In this document: positions 63,223-64,000 of the stretch, one piece after another
Layout of the letters: every line of letters starts with the position of its first letter
How positions within the stretch are numbered: position 1 is the first letter of the stretch
Assembly: GCA_011109175.1 (NCBI GenBank)
Contig: RDEW01000010.1
Coordinates: 893,658-957,657, forward strand
Length of the DNA stretch: 64,000 nt
Direction of reading: 5' to 3'
Origin: Dicyema japonicum
Lineage: Eukaryota > Animalia > Dicyemida
Position numbers and translations under genes: made by a program
The notes under the pieces: model-generated
What the model saw: the letters and a program-made list of their open reading frames with translations, nothing else
The model's database searches: none
Told to the model about the DNA's origin: nothing

Positions 63223-64000
63223 AACATAATAAACTGGGAATAATGAAATGTCGCTCAGAGTTACTTACTAAAGTTTCAAGATAATCTTTGGAAACATCAA
63301 TTTCTCCAAAACAACCGCTATCCAGTTTTCCTCGTGTCTCACAAAGATCAGTCTTCGTCAAATCTGAAAATCCAATTAATTAGTTTGGAGTATAGCTGGG
63401 TCAACTAATATAAGAAGCCTTAAGTCCACCGTCTGGTTAGTAACCTCCATCACCGAACATGATTTATTTATTCTTGTGGTTCGATAACTCCACAATTGTT
63501 CAGTTGACCACCTGTCCCCAAAAGGCATTTTACATCTTGATTTGATTCAAGGATAATCCAAACAAAGATGATTCACGTTATCTTTAAATCTTTAATAGTC
63601 CATAAATAATCCATCAATATTTGGACTAACCCCTCCATTTGTTATCCACCAAAAGTTGTTTTTGTTACTATGCTCACTAATTACTACACATTTTCTTAAT
63701 TACTTCCGGCCTTCCCATATTAATCTTCTAACGGTTTGTCTCAGAATCAGGGATTAATCTTTATAATGGAAAAGGTTTTCTCTCACATATTTGGGATGAT
63801 TCTCGACTTTCTGATTAATATTACCAACTTTTTATAGACACCTCAACCCGACATGTCGTTATTGAGAATTTGCTTTGTTATGTGTAGTCGCTTCACATGA
63901 TGTTTTCCGACATATTTGACGTTGAATTGTCTCTCGCGATTGCAATAGAGATCAAATAGAGAAGCCACCGAGTCTCACGTGCGTCGTGCCTTTTTAGTGT

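Overview
AT-rich eukaryotic (metazoan-type) genomic DNA dominated by nested, mostly decayed transposable elements, with a few host genes in between. The host genes carry ultra-short 22-29 nt GT-AG introns that the ORF track misses. Splicing by eye recovers an intact SLC17-family transporter (43938-45515), an intact ZCRB1/U11-U12-31K gene (36458-36937), an ALAD/porphobilinogen synthase with two homopolymer frameshifts (21159-22363), a P-loop GTPase-like gene and an orphan gene. Mini-introns, an animal-type tRNA-Ser(CGA) and a divergent 28S suggest a reduced parasitic animal such as a dicyemid (inference; myxozoan or orthonectid are alternatives). TE content: RTE LINEs (two full length with 12-bp TSDs), two-ORF Jockey/I-group LINEs (families B and C), a single-ORF Ingi/Vingi-like LINE (family A), REL-type and CRE-like fragments, Buster-type hAT derivatives (one inserted in an orphan 28S rDNA fragment), Tc1/IS630 and Merlin remnants, and a tRNA-derived SINE. 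The most interesting signal is family A: its 5'-intact copy starts with a candidate HDV-like ribozyme, followed by an AUG-less leader and a 2A/StopGo-like motif. Two short non-autonomous families (S1, S2) combine the same ribozyme-like head with family-A 3' tails, paralleling the trypanosome L1Tc/NARTc and ingi/RIME systems. Several single-N junctions flanked by duplicated sequence look like assembly artefacts. TE boundaries without a stated TSD are approximate.
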